This document shows, piece after piece, positions 41,212 through 51,568 of a DNA stretch of 64,000 nt (position 1 is the stretch's first letter; each line of letters opens with the position of its first letter). Under the pieces are notes generated by a model. The model was given only the letters and a program-made list of their open reading frames with translations. It was not told where the DNA came from and searched no databases. The position numbers and the translations under genes were made by a program. This stretch comes from an uncultured Candidatus Rokubacteria bacterium (lineage in GTDB: Bacteria > Methylomirabilota > Methylomirabilia > Rokubacteriales > CSP1-6), in assembly GCA_963789955.1 (NCBI GenBank), contig CAWBMV010000036.1:64001-128000 (forward strand), in the 5' to 3' direction.

Positions 41212-42301
41212 ATGGCTCCCGAAGTCGTGACGCTCGCGCCGGGATTCACCGTCTCGCGAATCGCCAAAGGCAACTGGCAGCTCGCGGCGCGGCACGGCGC
41301 GCCCTACGCCGGCGAGGCGGCGATCGACGACATGCGCCGCTTCGTCGAAGCGGGGATCACGCTCTTCGATTGCGCCGACCACTACGTGGGCGTGGAGCAG
41401 CTGATCGGCGAATTTCGCCGCCGCCACCCCGAGCATGCGCGCCGACTGCGCGTGTCGACCAAGCTCGTTCCGGATCTCGAGTCGCTGCCACGCCTGAGGC
41501 GTCGCGACGTCGAGAGCATCGTCGACACGTCGCTCGCGCGGCTGGGCCAGGAGCGTCTGGACCTCGTGCAGTTCCACTGGTGGGACTACACGGTGCCGGG
41601 CTACGTGGAGGCGATGCACTGGCTCGACGACCTGAGATCGGCCGGCAAAGTCGAGCTCATCGGCACGACCAACTTCGACACGGCGAGGCTCTCGGAGATC
41701 GTCGCGAGCGGCGTGTCCATCGCGACGAACCAGCTCCAGTATTCGGTGCTCGATCACCGGCCCGAGAACGGCCTGGCCGCGTTCTGCGCCGCCCACGGCA
41801 TCAAGCTTCTCTGCTACGGAACGCTCGCAGGTGGCTTCATCGGCGAGCGTTGGCTCGGAGCGCCCGAGCCCACGCCGCCGTTCGCCAACCGCTCGCTCGT
41901 CAAGTATCGGCTGATCATCGAGGACTTCGGCGGCTGGCGTCGATTCCAGGAGCTGCTGTCCGCGCTCGAGGCGATCGCGAGGCGGCACGGTGTCAGCCTC
42001 GCCAGGGTCGCGATCCGCTACGTGCTCGACAAGCCCGGGGTCGCGGTCGCGCTCGTCGGCGCGCGCAACGCCGCGCATCTCGACGAGCTGCTGCAGGACG
42101 TGAGACTCGACGAGGGCGATCGGGATGCGATCGCGCGTGTCGTCTCGCTGGCGACCGGACCGCGCGGCGACTGCTACGAGCTGGAGCGGGTCGAGCGACG
42201 GCCCGCACAGCGCGATCATGTGGAAGAACCAGAACGCCGGCGGCGCGCCGGTCGACAGCCCGTATGCCGACGCACCGCCTGCCGCGGAAAGGAAGCGCTG
42301 A
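41212..42301 (+). CDS. aldo/keto reductase (indel near 42190 makes it appear fused to the next gene)
   Basis: GNWQL, FDCADHY, DLVQFHWW, GTTNFD; alternate frame gives GPHSAIMWKNQN and a stop at 42301. Confidence 0.88.
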
Positions 42302-42645
42302 TGAGCCAGACCGGCACCGATGAGTTCGAGCTCTACGATCTGCGGGTGGAAGTGATCGAGACCGGGAAGCCGTTCGTCATGCACGCGAAGCCGGGCGACA
42401 CCTTCGACGTGATCGGCGGCCGCATCGTCTTTCCACCCGGGCGCGAGCCGTCGTTCTCGCTCTACGCGATGCTGGCGGTGCTGCCGTTCATCCCGGCCAA
42501 GCAGCGCCCGACGCATCCCAACGACTGGATGACGACCGACACGGAGATCGCGAGCCCCGATCCGCACTGCGGCGCTCGCCTCCGCATCACGCGACTCGGT
42601 AAGCGCCAGCTTCGCCACGCCGACTACAGCGCCGTGCCGCTCTAG
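42301..42645 (+). CDS. TIGR04076-like protein
   Basis: FELYDLRVEV..KPGD.F..FSLYA..VLP..AKQR..NDWMTTD..PDP.CG; family name from recall. Confidence 0.75.
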   Translation: MSQTGTDEFELYDLRVEVIETGKPFVMHAKPGDTFDVIGGRIVFPPGREPSFSLYAMLAVLPFIPAKQRPTHPNDWMTTDTEIASPDPHCGARLRITRLGKRQLRHADYSAVPL

Positions 42646-43744
42646 GAGCTGCCTGGGCCGCCTCGATCTCCTCGGCGGTGTACCGGAAGGCCCGGAAGAC
42701 CCAGTTGTTGAGTCCGGGGCCGGTCGGCTCGTGGAAGAAGTGCGGGCTGACGAACTCCCACACGACCTCGCCGTCGCTCGTGACCTCGAAGATGCGCCCG
42801 TGAACGCCCTCGCAGATGAGGGTGTTGCCGTTGGCGAGCCGCTGCGCGTTCGAGATGTACGGGCTGAAGAATTCGAACAGCGATTGGTCGGCGTACTGCC
42901 AGACGATGGTGTTCGTGCGCGGATCCACTTCGATGACCCGCGAGAACGTGGCCGGATGGTCGCGCCGATGCGTGCCGTTGTCGAAGATCAGGAGGTTGCC
43001 GTTGTCCAGCGGCCGCGGGTCGTGCTGCTGGGCGAGCGGTGGACTGCCGAGCTGCCACACGATCTTCCCGGTGGCGCGCTCGATCATCACGACGGTCGAG
43101 ATGTTGCGGAAGCTCACCACGATGTTGCCACCGGCCGTTTCGGCGACGGTGTTGCCGTGCGTCCACTCCGCGCGGCGGTCCTGGAAGGTCATCGGGTAGG
43201 CCGCCGGGTCGAGATGCTCCCAGCTTCTCCATTCCCACACGATCCGGCCGCCGGTGGTCATCTCCACGAGGTAGTCGGCGTAGATCGTGCCGTTCGCCTC
43301 GGTGCCGGGCAGCCCACCCTGAACCCGGCGAGCGAGGTCGGCGGGCAGGGGACACAGGCACAGGAGGAGAACGTTGCCGTTGCGGAGCCGGCGCGCGTCA
43401 TGGTGATGATCCGGGTGCCTGACTTCCCACAGGATCTTGCCGTTCCAGTCGACTTCGAGGACCGCGCCGCCCTTGAAGCGTGGCCACGCCTCGAAGCGGT
43501 CGAGATCCTCCATGATCTTGCCGCCGTAGAAGAGATGGCCGTTCGGCAACAGATGGCCGTAGAGTCCCGGTCGGTAGGGCAGGCGCCAGGTGTGCGCGAC
43601 CTTCCCGTCCATGTTCAAGAGGTACACGGTGCCGTCGCCGTACATCGGCGCGAACAAGGTGTAGCCCGGCTGGGCCCGAGCAGGATCGTGGGCGATGAGC
43701 CCTGTCCGGCTCCGTCGGATCTTCTGCTGATCCACCATGCTCAT
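42587..43744 (-). CDS. aryl-sulfate sulfotransferase (ASST)-like beta-propeller protein
   Basis: GYTLFAP, HHHDA, WTHGN, QQHD, FDNG, SNAQRLANGNTLICEG; real stop may be at 42642. Confidence 0.85.
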   Translation of the reverse strand: MSMVDQQKIRRSRTGLIAHDPARAQPGYTLFAPMYGDGTVYLLNMDGKVAHTWRLPYRPGLYGHLLPNGHLFYGGKIMEDLDRFEAWPRFKGGAVLEVDWNGKILWEVRHPDHHHDARRLRNGNVLLLCLCPLPADLARRVQGGLPGTEANGTIYADYLVEMTTGGRIVWEWRSWEHLDPAAYPMTFQDRRAEWTHGNTVAETAGGNIVVSFRNISTVVMIERATGKIVWQLGSPPLAQQHDPRPLDNGNLLIFDNGTHRRDHPATFSRVIEVDPRTNTIVWQYADQSLFEFFSPYISNAQRLANGNTLICEGVHGRIFEVTSDGEVVWEFVSPHFFHEPTGPGLNNWVFRAFRYTAEEIEAAQAAPRAARRCSRRGEAGAYRVA

Positions 43745-43841
43745 GTTTGGCCGCCTCCGTGGAGCGCCCATTCTACGTAATCTTTACCTCGTAAGGTCGG
43801 CATCCTTTCGCCAAGCATCTGATTCGGCGTAGCCCACCTTG

Positions 43842-43857
43842 TGGCATACGCGTTGCT
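43842..43857 (+). promoter_or_regulatory. sigma-54 -24/-12 promoter
   Basis: TGGCAT-N5-TTGCT about 80 bp upstream of the ATG at 43937. Confidence 0.7.
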
Positions 43858-43936
43858 CCCTTCGACGAATGGCGCTCTGCCGAGAATGCTCGCCCGGCGG
43901 ACGTCAATGAATTCCCTGAGGAACCAGGAGGGAGCA

Positions 43937-44335
43937 ATGAAGAACAAGCACCTCGTCAAGCTCGTGGTGCCGCTAGTGGGTTTGGCGCTCGTTCTCGGCT
44001 GCTTCGCGGTCGACGTCCATGCGCAGGCCGCACCGCCGGCGCCGCCGGCCCAGCAGGAAGGAACGCAGCAGCCCGCCCCGGGCGCGACTGACAAGGGCGC
44101 CGCGCCGCAACCGACTACACCCGAGACACGGTCGCCGGCTCCGCAACCGGCCCCGAACGTGACGATCGAAAATCGGAGCGAGTCGCGGCCCAGCGCCGGG
44201 GAGCGCGGAAGAATTCTCGGCGTCGACCCGACGGTCGCGATGGTCATCGGCGCCGTGCTGCTCGTCGTCATCGTGATCGCGCTCGTGGCGATGTCCAAGC
44301 GGTCCGAGGACGTTCCGACTCATCACTCCGTGTAG
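43937..44335 (+). CDS. secreted Pro/Gln-rich protein with C-terminal membrane anchor
   Basis: AGGAGG RBS, signal peptide ending VHA, low-complexity linker, one TM helix then SKR. Confidence 0.75.
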   Translation: MKNKHLVKLVVPLVGLALVLGCFAVDVHAQAAPPAPPAQQEGTQQPAPGATDKGAAPQPTTPETRSPAPQPAPNVTIENRSESRPSAGERGRILGVDPTVAMVIGAVLLVVIVIALVAMSKRSEDVPTHHSV

Positions 44336-44347
44336 CCCTTCGAACCC

Positions 44348-44380
44348 GGCGGCGTGACCGATCGCGCGGTCACGCCGTCC
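44348..44380. terminator. hairpin between convergent genes
   Basis: GGCGGCGTGACCG-atcgcg-CGGTCACGCCGTC; no U-tract. Confidence 0.45.
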
Positions 44381-44401
44381 GGTCACGCCGCGGCCCGAGA
44401 G

Positions 44402-45559
44402 CTAGTCCACGACCGCGCGGACGAACCGCTCGACTTCGGCTTCGTCGTTGTAGTAGTGAACGCTGGCGCGCACGACCACCGGATGCGGCGGGTCGAGCTG
44501 CGGAGACGGCGCCTGGCTGCGGTGGACGTTGATGTTCATCGCCCGGAGGCGCCGTCGGGTGGCGTCGGGCTCCTCACCCGATTTGCGGAATGTCACGATC
44601 CCGCATTGCTCCACGCCGAGGTCGTGGACACTGATCCCTCGCTGCTTCGCGAGCTCGCGGCGGAGCAGCGCCGCGAGCGACTTGACGCGCGCCTCGATGG
44701 GCTCCAGACCGAGCGCCAGCGCGTAGCGCGCGGCGACACCCAGCCCGATCTGGCCGGCCACGTTGCGCTCCCAGTTCTCGAAACGCCGGGCATCGTCGCG
44801 GATCGTGTAGGTGTCCGCGCCGGTCCACGAAGCCGCCTCGAGGTCGATGAACGGCGGCTCGAGCGCGCCGATCGTGTCCCGCCTCACGTAGAGAAAGCCG
44901 GTGCCGCGCGGGCCGCGCAGGTACTTGCGCCCGGTCGCCGAGAGCATGTGGCAGCCGATCCGCTTGACGTCGATGGCGAGCTGGCCCACCGACTGACAGG
45001 CGTCGAGGAGATACAGAATGCCGTGGCGCGCGGCGACCGCGCCGACCTCGGCGGCGGGATTCACGAGGCCGCCATGAGTCGGGACGTGGTTGATGGCGAT
45101 GAGCCTGGTCCGCGGCTGGATCGCGCGCTCCAGCGCGGCCACGTCGACCTGTCCGGAGGCGTCGTTGTCGACGACGTCGATCTCGACGCCGACGCGCCGC
45201 TTCATCTGCAGGAACGCGAGATAGTTCGACAGGTACTCGGCGCGCGCGGTGATGATCCGATCGGCGGCGCGGAAGGGGATGGCGTAGAACGCCATGTCCC
45301 AGGCCCGCGTCGCGTTCTCCATGAACGCGATCTCGTCGGGGCTGGCGCCGATGAGCGTCGCGATTGCGGGATAGACGTCGGCCAGACGCTCGGCCGCATC
45401 GGCCGCGGCCTCATAGCCGCCGATCACCGCTTCGCGCTCCAGGTGGCCGGTCACTGCCTCGAGGACCGGCCGCGGCGGCAAGGACGATCCGGCGTTGTTG
45501 AAGTGGAGCACGTGGCCGACGCCGGGCGTGTCGGCTCTCAGGCGGGAAACGTCCAGCAT
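44402..45559 (-). CDS. class V PLP aminotransferase / cysteine desulfurase-like
   Basis: [47 protein letters not shown]. Confidence 0.9.
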   Translation of the reverse strand: MLDVSRLRADTPGVGHVLHFNNAGSSLPPRPVLEAVTGHLEREAVIGGYEAAADAAERLADVYPAIATLIGASPDEIAFMENATRAWDMAFYAIPFRAADRIITARAEYLSNYLAFLQMKRRVGVEIDVVDNDASGQVDVAALERAIQPRTRLIAINHVPTHGGLVNPAAEVGAVAARHGILYLLDACQSVGQLAIDVKRIGCHMLSATGRKYLRGPRGTGFLYVRRDTIGALEPPFIDLEAASWTGADTYTIRDDARRFENWERNVAGQIGLGVAARYALALGLEPIEARVKSLAALLRRELAKQRGISVHDLGVEQCGIVTFRKSGEEPDATRRRLRAMNINVHRSQAPSPQLDPPHPVVVRASVHYYNDEAEVERFVRAVVD

Positions 45560-45663
45560 CGGCACGCCTTTCTTCCGGAAATGGTGCGCGAAATTCTGGC
45601 ATGCGAGCATGGGTGGGTCAAGCGCGCGCCGGCGAGTTTGCAGCGCGTGATAGGCTCTCGGCC

Positions 45664-48291
45664 GTGGTCACGATTGCGGCGCCCGAGGGGTTCGTTCCGT
45701 TCGAGCGCATCGCCATCGAGCAGAGCCTCGCGCGACGATTCGCCGAGCAGGTGAGCAAGGGTCCCGAGCGAGTCGCCGTCAAGGCGGGGTCGAGCAGCCT
45801 CACGTACGCCGCGCTCGATCGGCAGGCGAATCGCGTGGCGCACGCGATCCTCGCTCGAGGTCTTCGGCCCTCACCGATCGCGGTCGTCGTCGCCCAGGAC
45901 TCGGTGATCCCGGCGATCCTCGGCGTCCTGAAAGCCGGGCGCATCTACGTTCCGCTCGAGACGGCGCTGGGCGGCGAGCGACTCGGCTACATGCTCCGAG
46001 ACTCGGGCGCGACCGCGGCGCTGGTGAGCGGATCCGCGATGTCGTCCGTCCGGAGCCATCGCCGGCCCGGACGTCGATCTCATCGACATCGACGATCTCG
46101 CTCATGGTCTCAGCTCGGAAACGCCGTCGGTCGAGGTGGGCGCGGACGCGCCCGCGTACATCTACTACACGACCGGCTCGACCGGACAGCCCAAGGGCGT
46201 CGTCGATTCCCACCGTAACGTGCTCCACAACGTGATGCGCTACACGAACACGCTCTGTATCGGCCGGAACGACCGCCTGACCTTGCTTCAATCGCCAAGC
46301 TTCAGTGGCGCGGTGTCGAGCATGTTTTGCGCGCTGCTCAACGGCGCGACGTCGCTCCCGTTCGACGTCCGCCACGCGAGCGGGAGCGAGCTGGCCGACT
46401 ACGTCGACCACGAAGGCGTCACCATTTATCACTCGGTCCCGGCGATCTTCCGAAGCTTCCTGAGGGGAGACCGCGTCTTCCCCCGGGTCCGCGTGGTCCG
46501 GCTGGAAGGCGATCAGTCCGGACGCGTCGACGTCGCGCTGTTTCGCCGCCACTTCTCGGCCGGCTGCGTCCTGTCGAACGGACTCGGCACCACCGAGACC
46601 GGGCTCGCCCGGCGCTTCCTGCTCGGCAGAGACACCCCGCTCGCCGGCGACATCGTGCCGGTCGGCGATGCCGTCGACGACATGGACGTGGCGGTACTCG
46701 ACGACGCCGGAGCGCCGGTCGAGGTCGGAGAGGTCGGGGAGATCGCGGTGCGCAGCGACTACCTCGCTCTCGGCTACTGGAACCGCCCGGATCTCACCGA
46801 GCGGGCGTTCGCGCTCGACGCGGAGGGCCGGCGGTCCTACCGGACCGGCGATCTCGGCCGTCTTCGAACGGACGGACGTCTCGAGCATCTGGGCGCAAGG
46901 ACTCGCTCGTCAAGATCCGCGGCGTCTCCGTGTCGTTGACGATGGTCGAGGCCGCGCTCGCGTCATTGCCGAGCATTCGCGAGGCCGCCGTCGTCTCGAC
47001 GATGGACGCGCACGATTCGCGCCGGCTGATCGCCTACTACGTCGCCGGCGCCGGCGCCGAGCCGACCGCCAGCGAGATCAGGCGCCAGCTCGCGGAACGC
47101 CTGCCGCCTCAGATGATCCCGTCGCGTTACGTGAAGCTCGCGACGCTACCACTCAACCAGAACCTAAAGATCGATCGCGCGGCTCTTGCCGGCCCCGACC
47201 CGCGAGCGGCCGGGGCTCGACCACGCCTACGCTCCGCCCGAGGATCCGACCCAGGCCGAGCTGGTTCATATCTGGCAGGAACTGCTCGCGGTACAGCCCG
47301 TCGGGATCCGCGACGATTTCTTCGACCTCGGCGGTGATTCGCTTCTCGCGACAGCCATGATGGCGGCCATCGAGGACGCGCTCGGGATCGAGGCGTCGCC
47401 GTCGATCCTCCTCTCGGGATCCACGATCGAGCATGTCGCCGCGAGTCTGGCCCGGCCGGCGCAGCCCGATGCCGAGGTCGTTCCGGTGCAGGCCGGCGGC
47501 TCCAGGGCGCCCGTCTACTTTTTGCACGGCGACTATCTCGGACGCGGCATCTTTTGCCGCAAGATCGCCCGCGCGCTCGGCCCGGAGCAGCCGGTCTTCG
47601 CGCTGACGCCCTGCGGGCTCGATGGCGAAGCTGCGCCCCCCACGATCGAGGAGATGGCGGCCCGTCACCTGAGTGCGTTGCGTCGTCATCAAGCGCGCGG
47701 ACCCTATCGGCTCGTCGGCAACTGCAACGGCGGACTGGTCGCGCTGGAGATGGCGCGCCGGCTGGCCGAAGAGGGCGAAGCCGTCGAGCACGTGTTCGTG
47801 ATCCGCACCTCGGCGCAGAACGCCCGATTCAGCGCGGTGCGAAGATTGATCGAGCGGGCGGCCGCCTCCTCGGCATCGCCGGGGCGACCCAGCGCGATCT
47901 CGTCAGGCGGTGGCAATGGTTTGTGCGCGAGTGGAGTGCGGCCAAGCCGGCCCGCCGCGCGAGCCTGCTCGGCGCCAAGCTGGTGAAGCTGGCGCGGTTC
48001 CGGATCGAGCCGGCGCCGATGTCGCCGCGCGCCTCGGCTCCCGACGATCGAGCCGCGCTGATCGGCACGTTCAGCGAAGCGGCGGCCGACTATGTGCCGC
48101 TGCCCTACGACGGCAAAGTGGTGGTCTTCTGGCCCGTCGAGGATCCAGAGCCGGCCGGCGACGCGCTGAAGTCGTGGCGGCGGATTTCGCCTCGCGCGGA
48201 GGTCGAGACGATCCCCGGCGATCACCTCACGTCGATCACCGTGCACGGCCAGACGTTCGGCCGCCGGCTCGCCGCGCGGCTCGGCGCGTAA
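45664..48291 (+). CDS. standalone NRPS-like adenylation-thiolation-thioesterase enzyme (several frameshifts)
   Basis: A domain: [31 protein letters not shown] domain: [21 protein letters not shown]. Confidence 0.88.
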
Positions 48292-48293
48292 GC

Positions 48294-49721
48294 TCAGGCC
48301 CGCAGGGCCGTGTACAACCGATGAACGTCGGTCCACATCTGCCTGTTCAGAAGCGAGAGGCAAGGCAGGTAGACCGCGGCGCCGATCAGGATGAGCACGG
48401 GAAGCCTGTAGCCGTTGGGCGCGCTCGCCAGGAACGTCCGGCCCACCGTGACCATGGCATACATGGCGCCGCCCGCCAGGACCGGATCTCGAAGCGTGCG
48501 CGCGACGTCGCGCACGGGAACCTCCAGCTTCTTGCAGTTCCGCGGAATCGTCATCGACAGCACGACGAGCAGGGCCACCGCCCACGCGGTCGCGAGCCCG
48601 TCGACGCCCCATCGCACGCCGATCAGGAAGCAGCTCGGCAGCACCAGGAGATTGATCCCCGTGTTCCAGAGGTCCAGCGCGCCCACGCCGATGATCGTGG
48701 TGGAGACGATGCCCGACACCATCCGAAGCGGGATGAGCAGACTGACCACCCGGAGCGGATACGTCGCGTCCTGCCACGTCGGACCGAGCGCCAGCTCGAC
48801 CAGCTCGGGTGCCACCGACGAGATTCCCCACATGACCGGAACGCTCACGAACCCGAGCAAGCGCAGGCCCGAGAGCAAGCGCTCGCGCAAGCGCGGACGA
48901 TCGTCCTGAAGCCGCGCCACCGCCGGGAACACCACCTGGTTCACGATGCTCATCACGCGCTGCATGGGCAACGTGGCGAGATGGAGCGAGACGGAATAGA
49001 GCCCGACCGCGCTCGGGGTGAGGAATCGCCCGGCGATCAGGACGTCCGACTGGTTGATCACCTGCCAGGCCAGCCGGCTCGTCGCCAGCGCGCCGCCATA
49101 GGTCACGTGACGCCCGACACCGCCGAGGCGGAAGACCGGCCACACGGTCTCTCCGCGCAGGAACATCGCGGATCGTACGCCGGCTCCCGCCAGGCTGCCG
49201 AGCACCAGCGACCACACGCCCGCGCCGTGAAGCGCGAGCAGCAAGGTGACCACGCTCGAGGCGAGCGCCGAGACGAGCTCGATCGAGGCGCTCCACTTGA
49301 AGTTCATGTCCCGATAGGCGAGCGCTTGCGGCACGATCGACACCGCCGCGAGCACGAAGTGCAGCGAGGAAACCTGGATCACGCTCGGCAGCACGGCTTC
49401 CTTGAAGAACAGGCCGGCCAGCGGCGCGCCCAGGGCGACCACGGCGCCGAGCCCGATGTTGAGTAGCATCGCGAGCCCCGCGACACGCGCCAGCGCCTCG
49501 CGATCGAGCTTCGGAGCCTGAACCAGCGACGCGCCCAGGCCCAGCTCGGCGGCCGTGGAGAAGATCGAGATGATCACGGCGCTGACCGCGACGACGCCGT
49601 AGTCGGCCGGCGCCAGCAGCCGGACCACGATCAAGGTCACCGCCCAGCTCACGGTTTGACTGATGAAGCGGGCGGCGCCCGTCCACTTGAGACCGGAAAT
49701 CGCTTGGCTCTCGATGCTCAT
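48294..49721 (-). CDS. polysaccharide flippase (WzxC-like)
   Basis: RLLAPADYG, ELGLGASLVQ, GAGVWSLV, VGLYS, VFPA; 12-14 hydrophobic segments. Confidence 0.9.
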   Translation of the reverse strand: MSIESQAISGLKWTGAARFISQTVSWAVTLIVVRLLAPADYGVVAVSAVIISIFSTAAELGLGASLVQAPKLDREALARVAGLAMLLNIGLGAVVALGAPLAGLFFKEAVLPSVIQVSSLHFVLAAVSIVPQALAYRDMNFKWSASIELVSALASSVVTLLLALHGAGVWSLVLGSLAGAGVRSAMFLRGETVWPVFRLGGVGRHVTYGGALATSRLAWQVINQSDVLIAGRFLTPSAVGLYSVSLHLATLPMQRVMSIVNQVVFPAVARLQDDRPRLRERLLSGLRLLGFVSVPVMWGISSVAPELVELALGPTWQDATYPLRVVSLLIPLRMVSGIVSTTIIGVGALDLWNTGINLLVLPSCFLIGVRWGVDGLATAWAVALLVVLSMTIPRNCKKLEVPVRDVARTLRDPVLAGGAMYAMVTVGRTFLASAPNGYRLPVLILIGAAVYLPCLSLLNRQMWTDVHRLYTALRA

Positions 49722-49815
49722 GAGGGGTCCGACGAGTAGTATGTCCCGCGACTCACCCGGTTGCGAAGCAAACGGATCACGCGAGGTGTCGGAGGAGCGG
49801 GCTGAGCGAGCGCGT

Positions 49816-50484
49816 CTACTCCTGAAGAGTCCTCAAACGCTCAACGGCCGGCGGAAATCCTGATGCGGCGGCCTTCCGATACCATTGCATCGCTTCGTTG
49901 CGATCGCTGCTCCCGCCGAGCCCCATCTCGTGGGCGCGGCCCATGTAGTACATCGCGAATCGGTCGCCGGTGTCGGCGCCTTTCCGGTACCACTGCACCG
50001 CTTCGTCGGGGTCCTTCATCAGCCCGCCGCGCCCGCGCTCGTACATGAGCCCCAGGCTGGCCATGGCTTGGCCGTTCCCGGCCTGAGCGCCGCGGCGATA
50101 CCACAGGACCGCATCCTGGTCGCTCCTCGGCAACCCGCCGCGCCCTTCCTCGTACATGCGCCCCAGGTTCGCCATCGCCGCCGCGTCGCCGAGCTCCGCT
50201 TGCCGGCGGTAGAGGCTCGCGGACACCGCCTCGTCTTGCATGCACGTTTCGATCTTGGTGAAGTCGGACCGCGACTGCACGGTCGCGCTCCACTGTCCGT
50301 CCGGCCGCACGTGATCGAGCGTGACGTCGCTGACGCTCGTGATGGTCTTGCACTCGGAGAACTTCGTCTTCACCCACCGTTGTTGGGCCGTGCTGGCGCA
50401 CGCGCCGGTGACAGTCAGCAAGATAAGGGCGAGCGCGGAGGCTCGAAGGCAGGCCGAGAAGGGAGCTCTTCCCGTGATGCGCAT
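49816..50484 (-). CDS. Sel1-repeat putative lipoprotein
   Basis: Lipobox-like TGAC; repeats AMANLGRMYEEGRGG..AVLWYRRGA. Confidence 0.88.
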   Translation of the reverse strand: MRITGRAPFSACLRASALALILLTVTGACASTAQQRWVKTKFSECKTITSVSDVTLDHVRPDGQWSATVQSRSDFTKIETCMQDEAVSASLYRRQAELGDAAAMANLGRMYEEGRGGLPRSDQDAVLWYRRGAQAGNGQAMASLGLMYERGRGGLMKDPDEAVQWYRKGADTGDRFAMYYMGRAHEMGLGGSSDRNEAMQWYRKAAASGFPPAVERLRTLQE

Positions 50485-50565
50485 TGCCGTGCTTCACAAG
50501 AACCATAGGTCGGACGAGAACACGTCGTCAACGCCCTTCTCGAAGATGTTTTGGCGACCCGGTGG

Positions 50566-50949
50566 TCAGACCGCGAGGCGAGCGCGAAGCATTTGCTTGA
50601 TCATCGAATCGAGTGTGGTAACGTCAACCGGTTTTTTCAGGACTGCGACACCGGGCTGCGCCGCGCGAGGATCGCCGACCACCGGTGAGCCCGTGACGAT
50701 GACCACCGGAATGTGGGGATCGCGCTGACGCAACGCCGCGAGGACTTCCCAGCCGCTCATGCCCGGCATCACGAGGTCGGTGAGCACTATGCCGTAGCGG
50801 CCGCGGTCGAAGAGATCGAGCGCCTCTTCCCCGCCTGCCGCAGCATCCGCGTGGTAACCGAGAGACCCCACCAGATCGACGAGCATGTCTCGGACGATCG
50901 TGTTGTCGTCCACCAGCAGGATTCTCGGATCCGGGTTCACCGGCGTCAT
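50566..50949 (-). CDS. single-domain response regulator
   Basis: RILLVDDN, LTDLVMPGMSG, VTGS, LKKPVD. Confidence 0.92.
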   Translation of the reverse strand: MTPVNPDPRILLVDDNTIVRDMLVDLVGSLGYHADAAAGGEEALDLFDRGRYGIVLTDLVMPGMSGWEVLAALRQRDPHIPVVIVTGSPVVGDPRAAQPGVAVLKKPVDVTTLDSMIKQMLRARLAV

Positions 50950-51109
50950 GCCCCCGTTACAGTGCTAACCCGATGCCACAGCCGGAAATCTCGGCAAGTG
51001 GCTGTCGTGAAAGGGTTCCTTCGACAGGCTCTATCATGCCGTGGAGTGGTCTGGTTGTGATCAGTCCGGCTCCCGGAATCACGGCTTACCGATGGTAAGC
51101 TTCTTTACG

Positions 51110-51568
51110 ATGCGCGTATTCGTCGGGCTACTCGCGGCGCAAGCCCTCGGATTGGCGGCCGTCGCCGCGGCAGGCGATAGGACCGCCGAGGAAGCACGGC
51201 CGAGGGTCGAGCATCATCTAATAGAGGCCGAGCAGATCGTCCGGCACTTCGAAACCGTGATCGCGGAGGACTGTCCCCGGTTCGATAGCTCCGCCGAACG
51301 TCGCGCCTACATCGACGACGAGGTCGAGCGCGTCGTGCTCCTGGTCGCGCACCTCGACGAGGCCTGGTCGGAAGCCAAGCGGACGTCGGACAAGGACGTG
51401 CGTCGAGCCGCCAAAGCGCCGCGGGCTCAGGTCAGCCACGCGCAGAGCCTGGTGACGAAGCTCCAGACCTGTGCCGGCGACGACGGGGCGAAGCTTGAGC
51501 CGCGAGTGGTCTGGCGGCGAATCGAACAGGAAGTGCCGCGCCGGCGGGCCGAGATTGCCCTCCCTTGA
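51110..51568 (+). CDS. hypothetical secreted helical protein
   Basis: Signal-like start, two Cys, coherent helical composition. Confidence 0.65.
   Translation: MRVFVGLLAAQALGLAAVAAAGDRTAEEARPRVEHHLIEAEQIVRHFETVIAEDCPRFDSSAERRAYIDDEVERVVLLVAHLDEAWSEAKRTSDKDVRRAAKAPRAQVSHAQSLVTKLQTCAGDDGAKLEPRVVWRRIEQEVPRRRAEIALP

Noticed and set aside
41212..42645. Apparent 477-aa AKR-TIGR04076 fusion
   Set aside because: An alternate frame after about 42190 gives a plausible AKR end (GPHSAIMWKNQN) with a stop overlapping the ATG at 42301, which has its own purine-rich RBS; the fusion is most likely an indel artefact.
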